From NCBI GenBank assembly GCA_021817165.1, contig JAKAVT010000002.1, positions 43,563 to 107,562 of the forward strand: 64,000 nucleotides of DNA, in the 5' to 3' direction. Source of the stretch: Nanobdellota archaeon. GTDB taxonomy: Archaea; Nanobdellota; Nanobdellia; Parvarchaeales; Parvarchaeaceae. Below are positions 30,754 through 39,775 of this stretch, piece by piece. The notes under the pieces are model-generated. The model was given only the letters and a program-made list of their open reading frames with translations, searched no databases and was not told the origin of the DNA. Numbering within the stretch: the first letter of the stretch is position 1; the number at the start of each line of letters is the position of its first letter. Made by a program: the position numbers and the translations under genes.

Positions 30754-31464
30754 TTATATATCTGCAAAAAGCTCTGCAGAAGGATAGACTACTATTCCAG
30801 TATCCTTTATGTCTAGAGGGATATACTTAGTCAAATGATTCGTAGACCTCATCTTTATTATTCTTAGCGCCCTTATAAAAGTGCCCTGCCTTTCTACCAT
30901 ATAAAGAGCTACCACCCCGTCTGCTGCAAACTCTTCTACTCCAAATGAAGAAAGTTTATTTTCCCCGTAAGGCATCTCACCTATGAAAATGGCTGTGCAG
31001 TTTCTAGCCTTTATTATGCTAGAAAGCTCTATTACCGCTTTCCTTATCGACATTATATCGGAGAAGAACATCTGCAGATAAGTTACAGAGTCTATTATCA
31101 AACGCTGTGCACCCATGGCATCAAGTTCAGAGGAGATAACTTCCTTCATTGAATCGTAATCAACCAAAGGTATCGTTACAATCTTTATTATACCGTTATC
31201 AACGTATTCCTTCAATTTTGGATCGAATAATACGAACTGTTTTACCAGCTCATCCGGGCTTTCCTCAAGCGTAAAGTAGAGTCCCTTTTCCCCCTTTTTC
31301 GCGCCATCCGACAAGAATTGAAATGAAAACGTGGTCTTACCTGCACCAGGCGTTCCTGTAAGAAATACGACGCTGTCCTTGGGAAATCCACCCTTTAAGG
31401 CTTCATCAAGCCCCGGTACTCCGGTAGATTCTCGTTCAATTTTGTTTGCGTCTTGTTTTTCCAT
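30754..31464 (-). CDS. KaiC-like RecA-superfamily ATPase (single domain, COG0467-like)
   Basis: GVPGLDEALKGGFPKDSVVFLTGTPGAGKTTFSFQF. LIIDSV Walker B. 236 aa. Only 2 nt upstream of the rfcS start. Confidence 0.75.
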   Translation of the reverse strand: MEKQDANKIERESTGVPGLDEALKGGFPKDSVVFLTGTPGAGKTTFSFQFLSDGAKKGEKGLYFTLEESPDELVKQFVLFDPKLKEYVDNGIIKIVTIPLVDYDSMKEVISSELDAMGAQRLIIDSVTYLQMFFSDIMSIRKAVIELSSIIKARNCTAIFIGEMPYGENKLSSFGVEEFAADGVVALYMVERQGTFIRALRIIKMRSTNHLTKYIPLDIKDTGIVVYPSAELFADI

Positions 31465-32336
31465 TAAGCCTCAAGTATCGTATCTCCCATTAACTGATAT
31501 TTTATTCTTATAAGGGAATTCTGACTCAGGATCTTAGCCCATCTATCGATTAGATCCTTGCTTACATTTAAAGATTGCGCTGCCTGCGAAGTTGTGATGG
31601 AATGCCTTTCCTTGATTAACGCAAGCAGTTTATTCAATGGATTATTTGCGATTTCATTTACCTCTTCCTCCTGGACTTTTCCCTGAGACTTTCCAAAATT
31701 AGTGGTTTCAAATATCTTTTTCTGCAATTCCGATTGCGAAGTAGCTTTGTTTACGTGGGAGATTGCTTCGAATGGTGAAAGCTGTGGTTCTTCCGGTTTA
31801 TTGACAACGTTTACTTTAGTAGGCATTCCAGCCTGCAACTTATCCAACTTAGCCTCCTTTTCTTCCATGGAAACTTTCGTTTCCTGCGGCTTTTCAGTCG
31901 CTGCTACCATTGGCCTGTTTTCTTCCAGATTGCCTGGTTTGTAGTTGGGACTTGGGGGAAGTTCATTTGCTATCTTATTAATTTTCTCTTCGTACGCATT
32001 AGCTTCTTTTGAAGTTTCCCTTAAAATCGGCTGCGGCGTCCTCTGCTTTTCAGTGCTAATCTGCTCCTTTTCAGTTTTTTTATCTACACCAAATAAAGGT
32101 ATTTTTTTGCCGGCAGAAAGTTTCTCCATTGTATTTGCCTTCAGGTTTACCGTGCTCCCAGTGAGCTTTTCCCTTGTTTCTGCTAGGCTTATCTGCGGTA
32201 TTTCCGGCAATTCAACGCCTAAAGAGGAAGCTGCCCTGAATAAAGAGCTATTTATTAAAGAAACATCAGAATAAATTTTATAAGACGTGTCTAGGATATT
32301 TTGTGCTACCTGCTTTAAACTACTGCTATTGTCCAT
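31464..32336 (-). CDS. hypothetical protein with C-terminal winged-HTH and a long K/E/P/T-rich disordered middle
   Basis: C-terminal LLALIKERHSITTSQAAQSLNVSKDLIDRWAKILSQNSLIRIKY is wHTH-like. The middle 150 aa is low complexity. Confidence 0.45.
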   Translation of the reverse strand: MDNSSSLKQVAQNILDTSYKIYSDVSLINSSLFRAASSLGVELPEIPQISLAETREKLTGSTVNLKANTMEKLSAGKKIPLFGVDKKTEKEQISTEKQRTPQPILRETSKEANAYEEKINKIANELPPSPNYKPGNLEENRPMVAATEKPQETKVSMEEKEAKLDKLQAGMPTKVNVVNKPEEPQLSPFEAISHVNKATSQSELQKKIFETTNFGKSQGKVQEEEVNEIANNPLNKLLALIKERHSITTSQAAQSLNVSKDLIDRWAKILSQNSLIRIKYQLMGDTILEA

Positions 32337-32376
32337 AATAAACTAACAATTTTAACGTTTAAATAATATTATAAAG

Positions 32377-33918
32377 TTAAATTTTTACAGTGTTCAATTT
32401 ATTCTCCAATCCGGATATGTAGGATAAACTGCAAACTGGAGCAGTATTGTTCAATGTTTCACAGATCTGCGCCGTAAGGATGTTTGCCGCTCCTAAAACG
32501 GTCTGGCCAAAAGATCCACTTGCGGGATTTTCAATTGAATTCAACATGTCTTGATGCGTGCTGTACGCAGGATTTAACCCGCTAGAACTAATGTATGTTC
32601 CAGCGTTTATACTCGCTCCGTCAAATACATATTGGTTGTTTATATCAAAGATTGGCACGCCGCCGGCTAAAAAGTTGTAAATTCCGAACCCATGGTAAGA
32701 TAGAAATGCTTGACTAGCAAGTACTACATTGTTGAAAACAAATGGAGAAACATCGGCAATTCCCGTTACGTTAACTAAAAATGAAGAGCCGGTTTCATCC
32801 AATGGAATGAAATTTATGTAGCTGGAATTGTAATAAGCACCGACAAAGAAGGGCGTAGGATTACTGTCTCCATACGGTCCGCCATTAGAGGAAGGCTTTG
32901 AAACCGCGCCATAAAACAAGGCAGCGTTATAATCAAATGTAAACGTCGGTACGTTTCCATCATTTGTAGCAGACTTGTCATAGAATAAATTCGAAAAGTT
33001 GCCGAACCTTGACAATGCAATTATAATCGCCCACCTCATACCTGCACAGAATGGGCAGCCCTGCGCCCCTATATAAACAAACGTAGGTTTGCCATTATAA
33101 GTCAGAAGAGGCAGCTTGAATTCAGAGCTTCCATTGACTTTTACAGTTGAATTGCCGCCAACCGTTATAGGAATTATATCATAATTGTTACTGCCTATTA
33201 ACAAAACACAGTAAGCTGGATTTGGCCCATTTGAGCTGTTTCCTGCAGGCACACATTCTATATTGCCACTTAATTGAGACTGCCCAACACCTTCCAATTG
33301 AGCACTCAAATTTGACAGTGCATTCGCATAACTTGGTTCTGATTGGCCTATAGGCCCTTTGAAAAACTGAAAGGATGTGGCGGAGTTATTTATAGCAGAA
33401 AAGTTTGGAGATACCAATGAGTTTGGTATCGGCGTATTGCCAAGATTTGAATTCGAAACGCCGGATAAATTTGCAGAAGTAAACACTACTTTCCCTCCAA
33501 ATGCTACTGCAGTTGATTTAGACGGTGCATGAAGGACAAATATTAAAGCTATTACGATTATCGCAACAGCTACTACGCCGACAATCAAAGGAAGTATTAC
33601 CCTGTTTTTATCGCTCTTACTCCGCTGCAATCCAGACGAAGTGGCATAGTCGGTTGAAAGTTTGGCATTTTCTTCCCTCAACCTTTGTAGCTCTTTCAGC
33701 CTTTCATTTTCTTTTCTCAATTTTTCAAGTTCATCGTCATTAGGATTACTAGTAAGTTCTGCTTTCTTTTCCTCAGTTTTATTTTGAATATTCTGCTGAG
33801 GATTAGCTGCATTTTCACTGCTTTTTTCCGCAGCTACAGCTTTTTCAGGATGTAATTCTTTAGGAACGTTCTCATTTTCCACACCGTTAACATTAGGTTC
33901 TTTGTCTTCGTCTGGCAT
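32377..33918 (-). CDS. type II membrane protein with extracytoplasmic thioredoxin/DsbA-like CPFC domain (DUF929-like), heavily sequon-rich
   Basis: Cytoplasmic coiled-coil N-terminus and one TM (ILPLIVGVVAVAIIVIALIFVL). Then FVYIGAQGCPFCAGMRWA, the beta-strand plus CxxC arrangement at a helix N-terminus typical of the Trx fold. Many N-x-S/T sites. Confidence 0.55.
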   Translation of the reverse strand: MPDEDKEPNVNGVENENVPKELHPEKAVAAEKSSENAANPQQNIQNKTEEKKAELTSNPNDDELEKLRKENERLKELQRLREENAKLSTDYATSSGLQRSKSDKNRVILPLIVGVVAVAIIVIALIFVLHAPSKSTAVAFGGKVVFTSANLSGVSNSNLGNTPIPNSLVSPNFSAINNSATSFQFFKGPIGQSEPSYANALSNLSAQLEGVGQSQLSGNIECVPAGNSSNGPNPAYCVLLIGSNNYDIIPITVGGNSTVKVNGSSEFKLPLLTYNGKPTFVYIGAQGCPFCAGMRWAIIIALSRFGNFSNLFYDKSATNDGNVPTFTFDYNAALFYGAVSKPSSNGGPYGDSNPTPFFVGAYYNSSYINFIPLDETGSSFLVNVTGIADVSPFVFNNVVLASQAFLSYHGFGIYNFLAGGVPIFDINNQYVFDGASINAGTYISSSGLNPAYSTHQDMLNSIENPASGSFGQTVLGAANILTAQICETLNNTAPVCSLSYISGLENKLNTVKI

Positions 33919-34268
33919 TTTTATGTTAATACCTATCTGCTTAAATAAATTGCGGTATTGAATAGCCCGTTTTTTGTCATCCCTCTGCCTTAGTTCAAAG
34001 GCTTCTCAGTTGGATGCAACAACATTCGACTAAGCGCCGGAATACCGGTTTGCACCCTGAAGGTCTGCCGTTTCATCCTATTTTCAGCAATCAGCTTTCG
34101 CATCATCTCTTTGCACCGAAAACAGGTATCGTTTCTGCTCAGTTGCCTGCCTTTTACAGCAATGCATTACTGCACTTCAGTTTTAAAGGTGAACGGACTT
34201 CCTCCTTTAATGGTCTGTTGCATACAATACCGCTATTATATATAGCAATCTGCATTTAATAATTTGTT

Positions 34269-34559
34269 ATGGAAGTAAAAACCTTGGATGATAAGGACCT
34301 TAAGAAGGACGAAAGGCTTTACATAAAAGGAATAAGATTAATTAGCTCCGTAAAAATAGATTATAAAACGCAGAAGCATGTTTCTTTTCTTGTCCAGGGG
34401 GACAATGAGCTGCACAACGTAATGTATTTTGACGAAAAACCGCAGGATAAAAGATGGCAATGCGATTGCAAGTGGTATACCCTTCAGAATAAACTATGCT
34501 CTCATATAATTGCAGTGAATCTGGCAATAAAGAACGGAAAATTGAAAATAGATCAGTAA
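34269..34559 (+). CDS. small SWIM-type zinc-finger protein
   Basis: CDCKWYTLQNKLCSH fits CxCx9CxH. 96 aa. Confidence 0.6.
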   Translation: MEVKTLDDKDLKKDERLYIKGIRLISSVKIDYKTQKHVSFLVQGDNELHNVMYFDEKPQDKRWQCDCKWYTLQNKLCSHIIAVNLAIKNGKLKIDQ

Positions 34560-35284
34560 TAAAGAGACATGTAGGAAGGTACATTTAAGCCGGTACCTAA
34601 TTTCTCCAATTTTACATTTCCTTCCTTTAACTCGTTGTCATGCCAGAAATCAACCGCTCTCATGAATGCCGTCAATCTTTCATTTTTTATCTTGTCAATG
34701 TTTTTCAGTTCTCCCCCATCAAAAAGATATATCCTTGAGCCTATTATGCTGTTTTTATGCAGGGTTTGCCTGTAAACAATCGTCATGCCTTTTCCTTCTT
34801 TCTCACTGTAAAATCTTGCCTTTACAGTTTTGTTTAGGTTTTCCGTTCCTTCTTTTGCATTTGGATATTCAAAATACCTCTCGGATTTTATGAGGGAATA
34901 ACTGTCAAGGCTTTTGTTATGTGGCCCGTCATAAACTGAAACATTAAGCATGGCTAAATTTGGTATGGAATCCTTCTTAGAAAAGTTGTCCATGTAAAGC
35001 TCCGATGAAACAAGATATGAGTTGTTTGTTTCTTTCAATTTTTCCATGTTCACGAGGAATAAATCCAGGCCTTTATCCAAATAAGTAAGGTTTTTGCTTC
35101 CCTTTTTTGCTATTACGTGCTTGCTTTCTCCCTTATTGTTATACCAATTAAACGCGTCCATAGACTGCAAAACCGTTAAATCCTCATTGTCGGAAACGAG
35201 ATTCAGTATCTCTTCATCGGAAGCCGTTATGTAATTTTGCTTTAGAAGGTCGTCCAAAATATCTCTTTCGTTTTTCGGCATCAT
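34553..35284 (-). CDS. hypothetical protein
   Basis: 243-aa ORF downstream of the hemerythrin-like gene. No recognisable motif. Confidence 0.45.
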   Translation of the reverse strand: MMPKNERDILDDLLKQNYITASDEEILNLVSDNEDLTVLQSMDAFNWYNNKGESKHVIAKKGSKNLTYLDKGLDLFLVNMEKLKETNNSYLVSSELYMDNFSKKDSIPNLAMLNVSVYDGPHNKSLDSYSLIKSERYFEYPNAKEGTENLNKTVKARFYSEKEGKGMTIVYRQTLHKNSIIGSRIYLFDGGELKNIDKIKNERLTAFMRAVDFWHDNELKEGNVKLEKLGTGLNVPSYMSLYY

Positions 35285-35317
35285 TACTAAATTTAAGAAT
35301 AAACCCCCTATAAATAC

Positions 35318-35797
35318 TTATTTTAACGAACCCGTGCGCAATACTCTGCATGTCCATCCTTTTGGGGCAGAAGCATGCTCCACTTCCTTAAGAATAAGAC
35401 CTGCCTGTTTTTTACTTTCCAATTTGTCAAGCTCAAGGTATATGTAACCTTCTTCCGCTTCATTGTGACCTTTTAAGACACGCATAACGCCCTGCGTTTT
35501 CTTTTTTGCATCTTCAATTTCATTTACGGATATGAGCTTTTTAACTTCCTCTAACAATTTCAGTATAGCGCCGTGCTCTGCTTCTAAACCCTGTATTCTC
35601 AGTCTGTTCTCTTCGAATATTTCGGGAAAAAGGTATTCTTCCTCCCAAAACATGTGGTTTCTAAGCGAAGAGACTATCAAATCAAGCTTGTCTACATCGG
35701 GCTTTGAACTCAACGAAAGCAAGAAATCATTAAAATACGCGTCAATTCTTTCATGGTCTTTTGTCAAAACGCTATCTAACATAATATAATTTAACAT
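35318..35797 (-). CDS. hemerythrin-like (HHE cation-binding) domain protein
   Basis: H...E...H spacing, e.g. LRNHMFWEEEYLFPEIF and AEHGAI. 159 aa. Confidence 0.55.
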   Translation of the reverse strand: MLNYIMLDSVLTKDHERIDAYFNDFLLSLSSKPDVDKLDLIVSSLRNHMFWEEEYLFPEIFEENRLRIQGLEAEHGAILKLLEEVKKLISVNEIEDAKKKTQGVMRVLKGHNEAEEGYIYLELDKLESKKQAGLILKEVEHASAPKGWTCRVLRTGSLK

Positions 35798-35852
35798 GCT
35801 AATAATTTAAAGTTTAATACAAAATTTGCAGAATTCAATCCGGTTTACAAAG

Positions 35853-37088
35853 TCAATGCTTATGTAACAATCGTGAATGAGAAGACTTATCTATGAATAT
35901 AATCATATCAAAATCATTTAAAAGCTGTTCTTTGAAGAACTCTGCCGATGGAGAAAAACCGGCACCTGTCACTCTAAAGTAATGTTTCTTTCTGAGCCAT
36001 TGACTTTCTTTGTTTTCAAGATCCACTTGCCTGAAATCCAGTAAAAAGATTGGAATGCTGGCCAGATGAAAATAATACTCATAAGTTCCCGGATATGAAG
36101 GCCTTAATTTATAAGCAGCAAGTTTCATGGTTTTCCAATAAATTGCAGTGTATGTGCCGGTATTAAGACTGAATCCAATTGTTAAATAACCTTGTTTTAA
36201 CTTCTTTGAAAGATAGTAGCCCATAGTACCGCCGGTCTTTTGTATATGTCCGTTATGTGCCCAAACAATTACTTTAGAGCTTTTTCTGTTTGTTTTTATT
36301 ATCCAAAGAAGATTTTCTGCCATGCATTTGTCCCTGTAATAATTTCTACGGTAACCATGAAGGCCTTGGTTGTATTTTACAGATTGCTCTATGATTTTTA
36401 TGCACTGAAAAAACCAGATTTTTTCAGATTTAGATTTAATACTTTTGTCCCCGAATCTTTTTATATACACAAGTTCCCTTTTGAAAGATCCTTCTTTTAT
36501 CTTATAGAAAATACCATTTCTAAGTGTATTTTGAACTTTTCCCAGTGTATTTTCCAGATTATCTAAGCTGAAAGATAAATTTTTATAGTTATACTTATTT
36601 AGCAGTCTTTTTACTTCTGATAAAGCGCTGTTTGGATACTGCATATCAAAGCCCGTAAAAATCACTTTTTTTGTATGCGTGCTGTTATAATCTCGCATCC
36701 AATTTACAAGATCCAATACTTCTTCTGTGTCCCAGGTCCAGAATATCATGCCTTTTATAAGTTCTTTTGGGTCGCCTTTCCCTTCGATTATGTATTCATT
36801 TAATTTATAAGCCTCTGGCATGTTGGCCTCAATGGCAAAAATGTTGAATTTTTTGCTTTCGACTAGGTATTTTATAATTTTGCTCTTCATCTTAAATATC
36901 TCGCTAGAACCATGAGTTACTTCCCCAAGCGCTACAACTTTTGCGTTTTTTATATTTTCTCCCAGATATTCTAAATCGCTATTATCACTACGAATTTCAA
37001 CAGACTTTATGGGAATAACTGCAGAACGCAGCCATTCTATTTCCTTAGCACTTGGTTTTCTTGTATGTCTCATATATTTTATAAACAA
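35853..37088 (-). CDS. erythromycin esterase (EreA/EreB)-family protein
   Basis: GEVTHGSSEIF matches the hallmark GEATHGTxEFF of the family. 411 aa. Confidence 0.75.
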   Translation of the reverse strand: MFIKYMRHTRKPSAKEIEWLRSAVIPIKSVEIRSDNSDLEYLGENIKNAKVVALGEVTHGSSEIFKMKSKIIKYLVESKKFNIFAIEANMPEAYKLNEYIIEGKGDPKELIKGMIFWTWDTEEVLDLVNWMRDYNSTHTKKVIFTGFDMQYPNSALSEVKRLLNKYNYKNLSFSLDNLENTLGKVQNTLRNGIFYKIKEGSFKRELVYIKRFGDKSIKSKSEKIWFFQCIKIIEQSVKYNQGLHGYRRNYYRDKCMAENLLWIIKTNRKSSKVIVWAHNGHIQKTGGTMGYYLSKKLKQGYLTIGFSLNTGTYTAIYWKTMKLAAYKLRPSYPGTYEYYFHLASIPIFLLDFRQVDLENKESQWLRKKHYFRVTGAGFSPSAEFFKEQLLNDFDMIIFIDKSSHSRLLHKH

Positions 37089-37232
37089 CCTTTATATTAG
37101 AATTTCTTTGTGTAAACCCTTAGTGGGTTTGAACATTTTACTAAGAAGCCATATGTAATAACTGCAATAAAAAATTGGAGTTATTTTAATATCCGTTTTT
37201 AAATATAAATACTAAAAAACCTAGTTAATTTT

Positions 37233-37961
37233 GTGGTAAATTATACTATAGTCGGAAACGAAGTACAGTACGTGCAGGCAGAGATTAATAGTGGAGAGTC
37301 TGTCCTATGCGAAGCCGGCCATCTTATATTCAAATCGCCGGATGCAACGGTGGAAACAAAGACTGGTGGCTTAAAAGGCGCATTTTCGCATCTTTTGGCA
37401 GGGTCTGATGTCTTTCTTCTTAAATTGAACGGGCCTGGAGTAATAGGCTTTTCAGGTTTCCTTCCAGGCAGGATATTAGAAATTTCTTTGAATGAGACAG
37501 GTATACTTGCGGAATTCAACTCTTTTCTATGCATGGATTCGTCTATTACATATTCTACAAAATTCGCTGGCATTTGGAAAGGCTTATTAGGAGGAGAAGG
37601 TCTTTTCTTAGAGAAATTTTCCGGAAATGGAAAAATTTTCCTCCATGGCCATGGACAAGTGATAGAGATTAGTTTAGGAGAAGGTGAAAGCATAGATGCT
37701 GAAGCAGGTCACGTGCTTGCCTTCGAAGCGAATATGCAGTACTCAATAAACAGAATAGGCGGAGTAAAAACAATGATCCTTGGAGGACTGGAAGGAGAAG
37801 GTCTTTTCTTTGCTAGGATAACCGGCCCTGGAAAAGTATGGCTTCATTCAATATCACTTGCACAGCTTGCGGCAAAGATGGGTGGCGGCAATACAGGCGA
37901 CAGAAATGCAGCTCTAATGGGTGGTTTAGCGGGCATTGCACTTAAAGCGGCGAAAAAATAG
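37233..37961 (+). CDS. AIM24/DUF124-family protein
   Basis: Repeated G-x-G-rich beta segments (LLGGEGLFLEKFSGNGKIFLHGHG, ILGGLEGEGLFFARITGPGKVWLH) typical of TIGR00266/AIM24. Confidence 0.65.
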   Translation: MVNYTIVGNEVQYVQAEINSGESVLCEAGHLIFKSPDATVETKTGGLKGAFSHLLAGSDVFLLKLNGPGVIGFSGFLPGRILEISLNETGILAEFNSFLCMDSSITYSTKFAGIWKGLLGGEGLFLEKFSGNGKIFLHGHGQVIEISLGEGESIDAEAGHVLAFEANMQYSINRIGGVKTMILGGLEGEGLFFARITGPGKVWLHSISLAQLAAKMGGGNTGDRNAALMGGLAGIALKAAKK

Positions 37962-38015
37962 GCTTTGAAAGGACAGAGTCGGCATCTAAGTAATTCTATT
38001 TATCGGAGAACTAAA

Positions 38016-38089
38016 TGCCCTCGCCAGGATTTGAACCTGGGTGCCCGGTTTAGGAAACCGGTATTCTGTCCAAGCTAAACTACGAGGGC
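38016..38089 (-). tRNA. tRNA-Arg (anticodon CCT)
   Basis: Reverse complement folds as acceptor GCCCTCG/CGAGGGC, anticodon stem CCGGT/ACCGG with loop TTCCTAA, and T-arm CCAGG-TTCAAAT-CCTGG. Confidence 0.8.
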
Positions 38090-38168
38090 TATTCAAAAAC
38101 TAACGCATTTTTCGTTTAAATCATTTGATTTTAAAACTATTAATATTATCCTTTGTCATATCTTTTTA

Positions 38169-38837
38169 TTGTTTATGACAGGAAATAATCCTTTTATAAG
38201 TATAACGTACTCTGAGAATGACACGGTGGTAGACAGAGTAAACGAACGGATAGAATTACTATTGCTTATAAACGAATCCATGGACCATGGTGGCGTAGTA
38301 GTGCTGAAAGGTGCGCCTGGCATGGGAAAAAGCACACTGCTTAATGCAGTAGAGAAGGAGCTCAAAAAATCAAAGAGCATAGACATGCTGAGAGAGGAAT
38401 TCACTCCTGCAGTTTACAATAAGATACGGAATCTGAACTTAAATCAAGCTAAAAAGCTGCTTATAGAGCTTGATGATTTCAACAACATAGAGATGCTTGA
38501 CAAATTAAGCCAGCAGAGAGTCATCGATTTATTGTATAACCTTAGCCAGAAAGCCGCTGTGTTAATAATCGAAAACCGGGAAGAGGGCGTTGAAAAAGAG
38601 CTTAAGATGCAGAGCAAACAATTCAAAAAATATCAATTGGAAGGGCTTTCAAAGGAGGACTTAAAACAGATAATAATAAACAGGTTAAATTCGATTAGAA
38701 CTACAAAATCAGACTCTCTTGAACCATTCACTGAAGTAGAGTATGAAAAAATATACAGAAAATCCAGGGGGAATCCACGGATTGCATTGCTCATCTGTTC
38801 TGCATTGTATGATCAGAAAACAAACAGTATAATATAA
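38169..38837 (+). CDS. P-loop AAA ATPase of the ExeA/MshM/TniB-like (AAA_22) type
   Basis: GAPGMGKSTLL Walker A. LIELDDF Walker B. C-terminal SRGNPRIALLICSALY resembles the GxPRxINxLC motif of ExeA/MshM-type ATPases. Confidence 0.6.
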   Translation: MFMTGNNPFISITYSENDTVVDRVNERIELLLLINESMDHGGVVVLKGAPGMGKSTLLNAVEKELKKSKSIDMLREEFTPAVYNKIRNLNLNQAKKLLIELDDFNNIEMLDKLSQQRVIDLLYNLSQKAAVLIIENREEGVEKELKMQSKQFKKYQLEGLSKEDLKQIIINRLNSIRTTKSDSLEPFTEVEYEKIYRKSRGNPRIALLICSALYDQKTNSII

Positions 38838-38855
38838 AGAAGAATTAAGAAGGAT

Positions 38856-39731
38856 ATGAAGACTAACATTAAACTCACTGTGCTTCTCTTAGCGATATTT
38901 ACGGTAGTGCTTATAGCGAGCGGGCTTTTTGCAGGCGTAAACCTAAGGTTGTTATCCGTCATTTCGCTGCAGACCGGAATAAACTACAACGTTACTTCTC
39001 CGTTTTATTATCTTCTTTACATAATAATCGCAGGTTTGTTGATACCGACCGCAATAATTCTTTTGCTTGTCAGATACAAGAAGATAAACATAATAAACAT
39101 AGTGCTCATAATTCTGTTCTTGTTCGTAATGTACGCCTTTTCAGACGTGTTTTTGCTTGACTTGTACGTATTCCCGCTCCACGGCAACCTTAATTCTAGC
39201 GGCAGTCTACTTGCCGTCTTTTCGCTTCTGGTTTACATCCTTCCGGTAATAATTACAGTTTATTACTTCAAGTTCGCCGGAAAATACGGAAAAGATGTTC
39301 TGAACGTAATTTTATTCGTATCCATCTCGGCTATAATATCATTGTATCTAAGCATAATAACAGCATTGATACTTATTGCTATCATAAGCGTATATGATTA
39401 CATCTCTGTGTTCATAACAAAACACATGCTGACGCTTGCAAAGGCATTCTCCGGCAATTCATTCGGAGGAATATCGCTCATGGCAAAGAAGGCAAAGAGA
39501 AGGGAGATCTTCCTTGGCGGCGGCGACATGGCGTTTCCTGCCATTCTTGCAGATGAATTCTTCCTTCATTATAATCTTTTATCCGGAGTATTTGCAATAA
39601 TCGGCGCAGTAATTGGATTATCAATAATATTGTTTTTAGGAAAGAAAGGAAAGGCTTACCCTGCGATGGCTGCGATAGGACCGATGCAGTTTGCTTTTCT
39701 TGGATTGTATTTTCTTATAAGATTCATATGA
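38856..39731 (+). CDS. presenilin/signal-peptide-peptidase family GxGD intramembrane aspartyl protease (archaeal PSH-like)
   Basis: About 9 predicted TM. YD in TM6 (ISVYDYISV), GGGD in TM7 (FLGGGDMAFPA) and a PAL-like PAM in the last TM (AYPAMAAIG). Spacing and topology fit the A22 family better than the prepilin peptidase family. Confidence 0.6.
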   Translation: MKTNIKLTVLLLAIFTVVLIASGLFAGVNLRLLSVISLQTGINYNVTSPFYYLLYIIIAGLLIPTAIILLLVRYKKINIINIVLIILFLFVMYAFSDVFLLDLYVFPLHGNLNSSGSLLAVFSLLVYILPVIITVYYFKFAGKYGKDVLNVILFVSISAIISLYLSIITALILIAIISVYDYISVFITKHMLTLAKAFSGNSFGGISLMAKKAKRREIFLGGGDMAFPAILADEFFLHYNLLSGVFAIIGAVIGLSIILFLGKKGKAYPAMAAIGPMQFAFLGLYFLIRFI

Positions 39732-39775
39732 TATAACAGCGTTATATATTTAAACTATCATGAATTAAAAACAAA

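Noticed and set aside
34090-34170. Possible C/D-box sRNA on the minus strand (GATGATG ... CTGA elements)
   Set aside because: Box spacing and sequences do not fit the C-D'-C'-D architecture. It cannot be supported without covariance search.
34014-34259. 81-aa ORF in the long intergenic region
   Set aside because: Translation (MQQHSTKRRNTGLHPEGLPFHP...) has no protein-like features. It was treated as non-coding and possibly ncRNA.
38856-39731. Alternative call of the GxGD membrane protein as a PibD/FlaK prepilin peptidase
   Set aside because: Type IV prepilin peptidases have the first catalytic Asp in the first cytoplasmic loop near the N-terminus. Here both Asp lie in TM6 and TM7 of a 9-TM protein, with a PAL-like motif in the last TM, matching presenilin/SPP instead. 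This remains a hypothesis pending profile searches.
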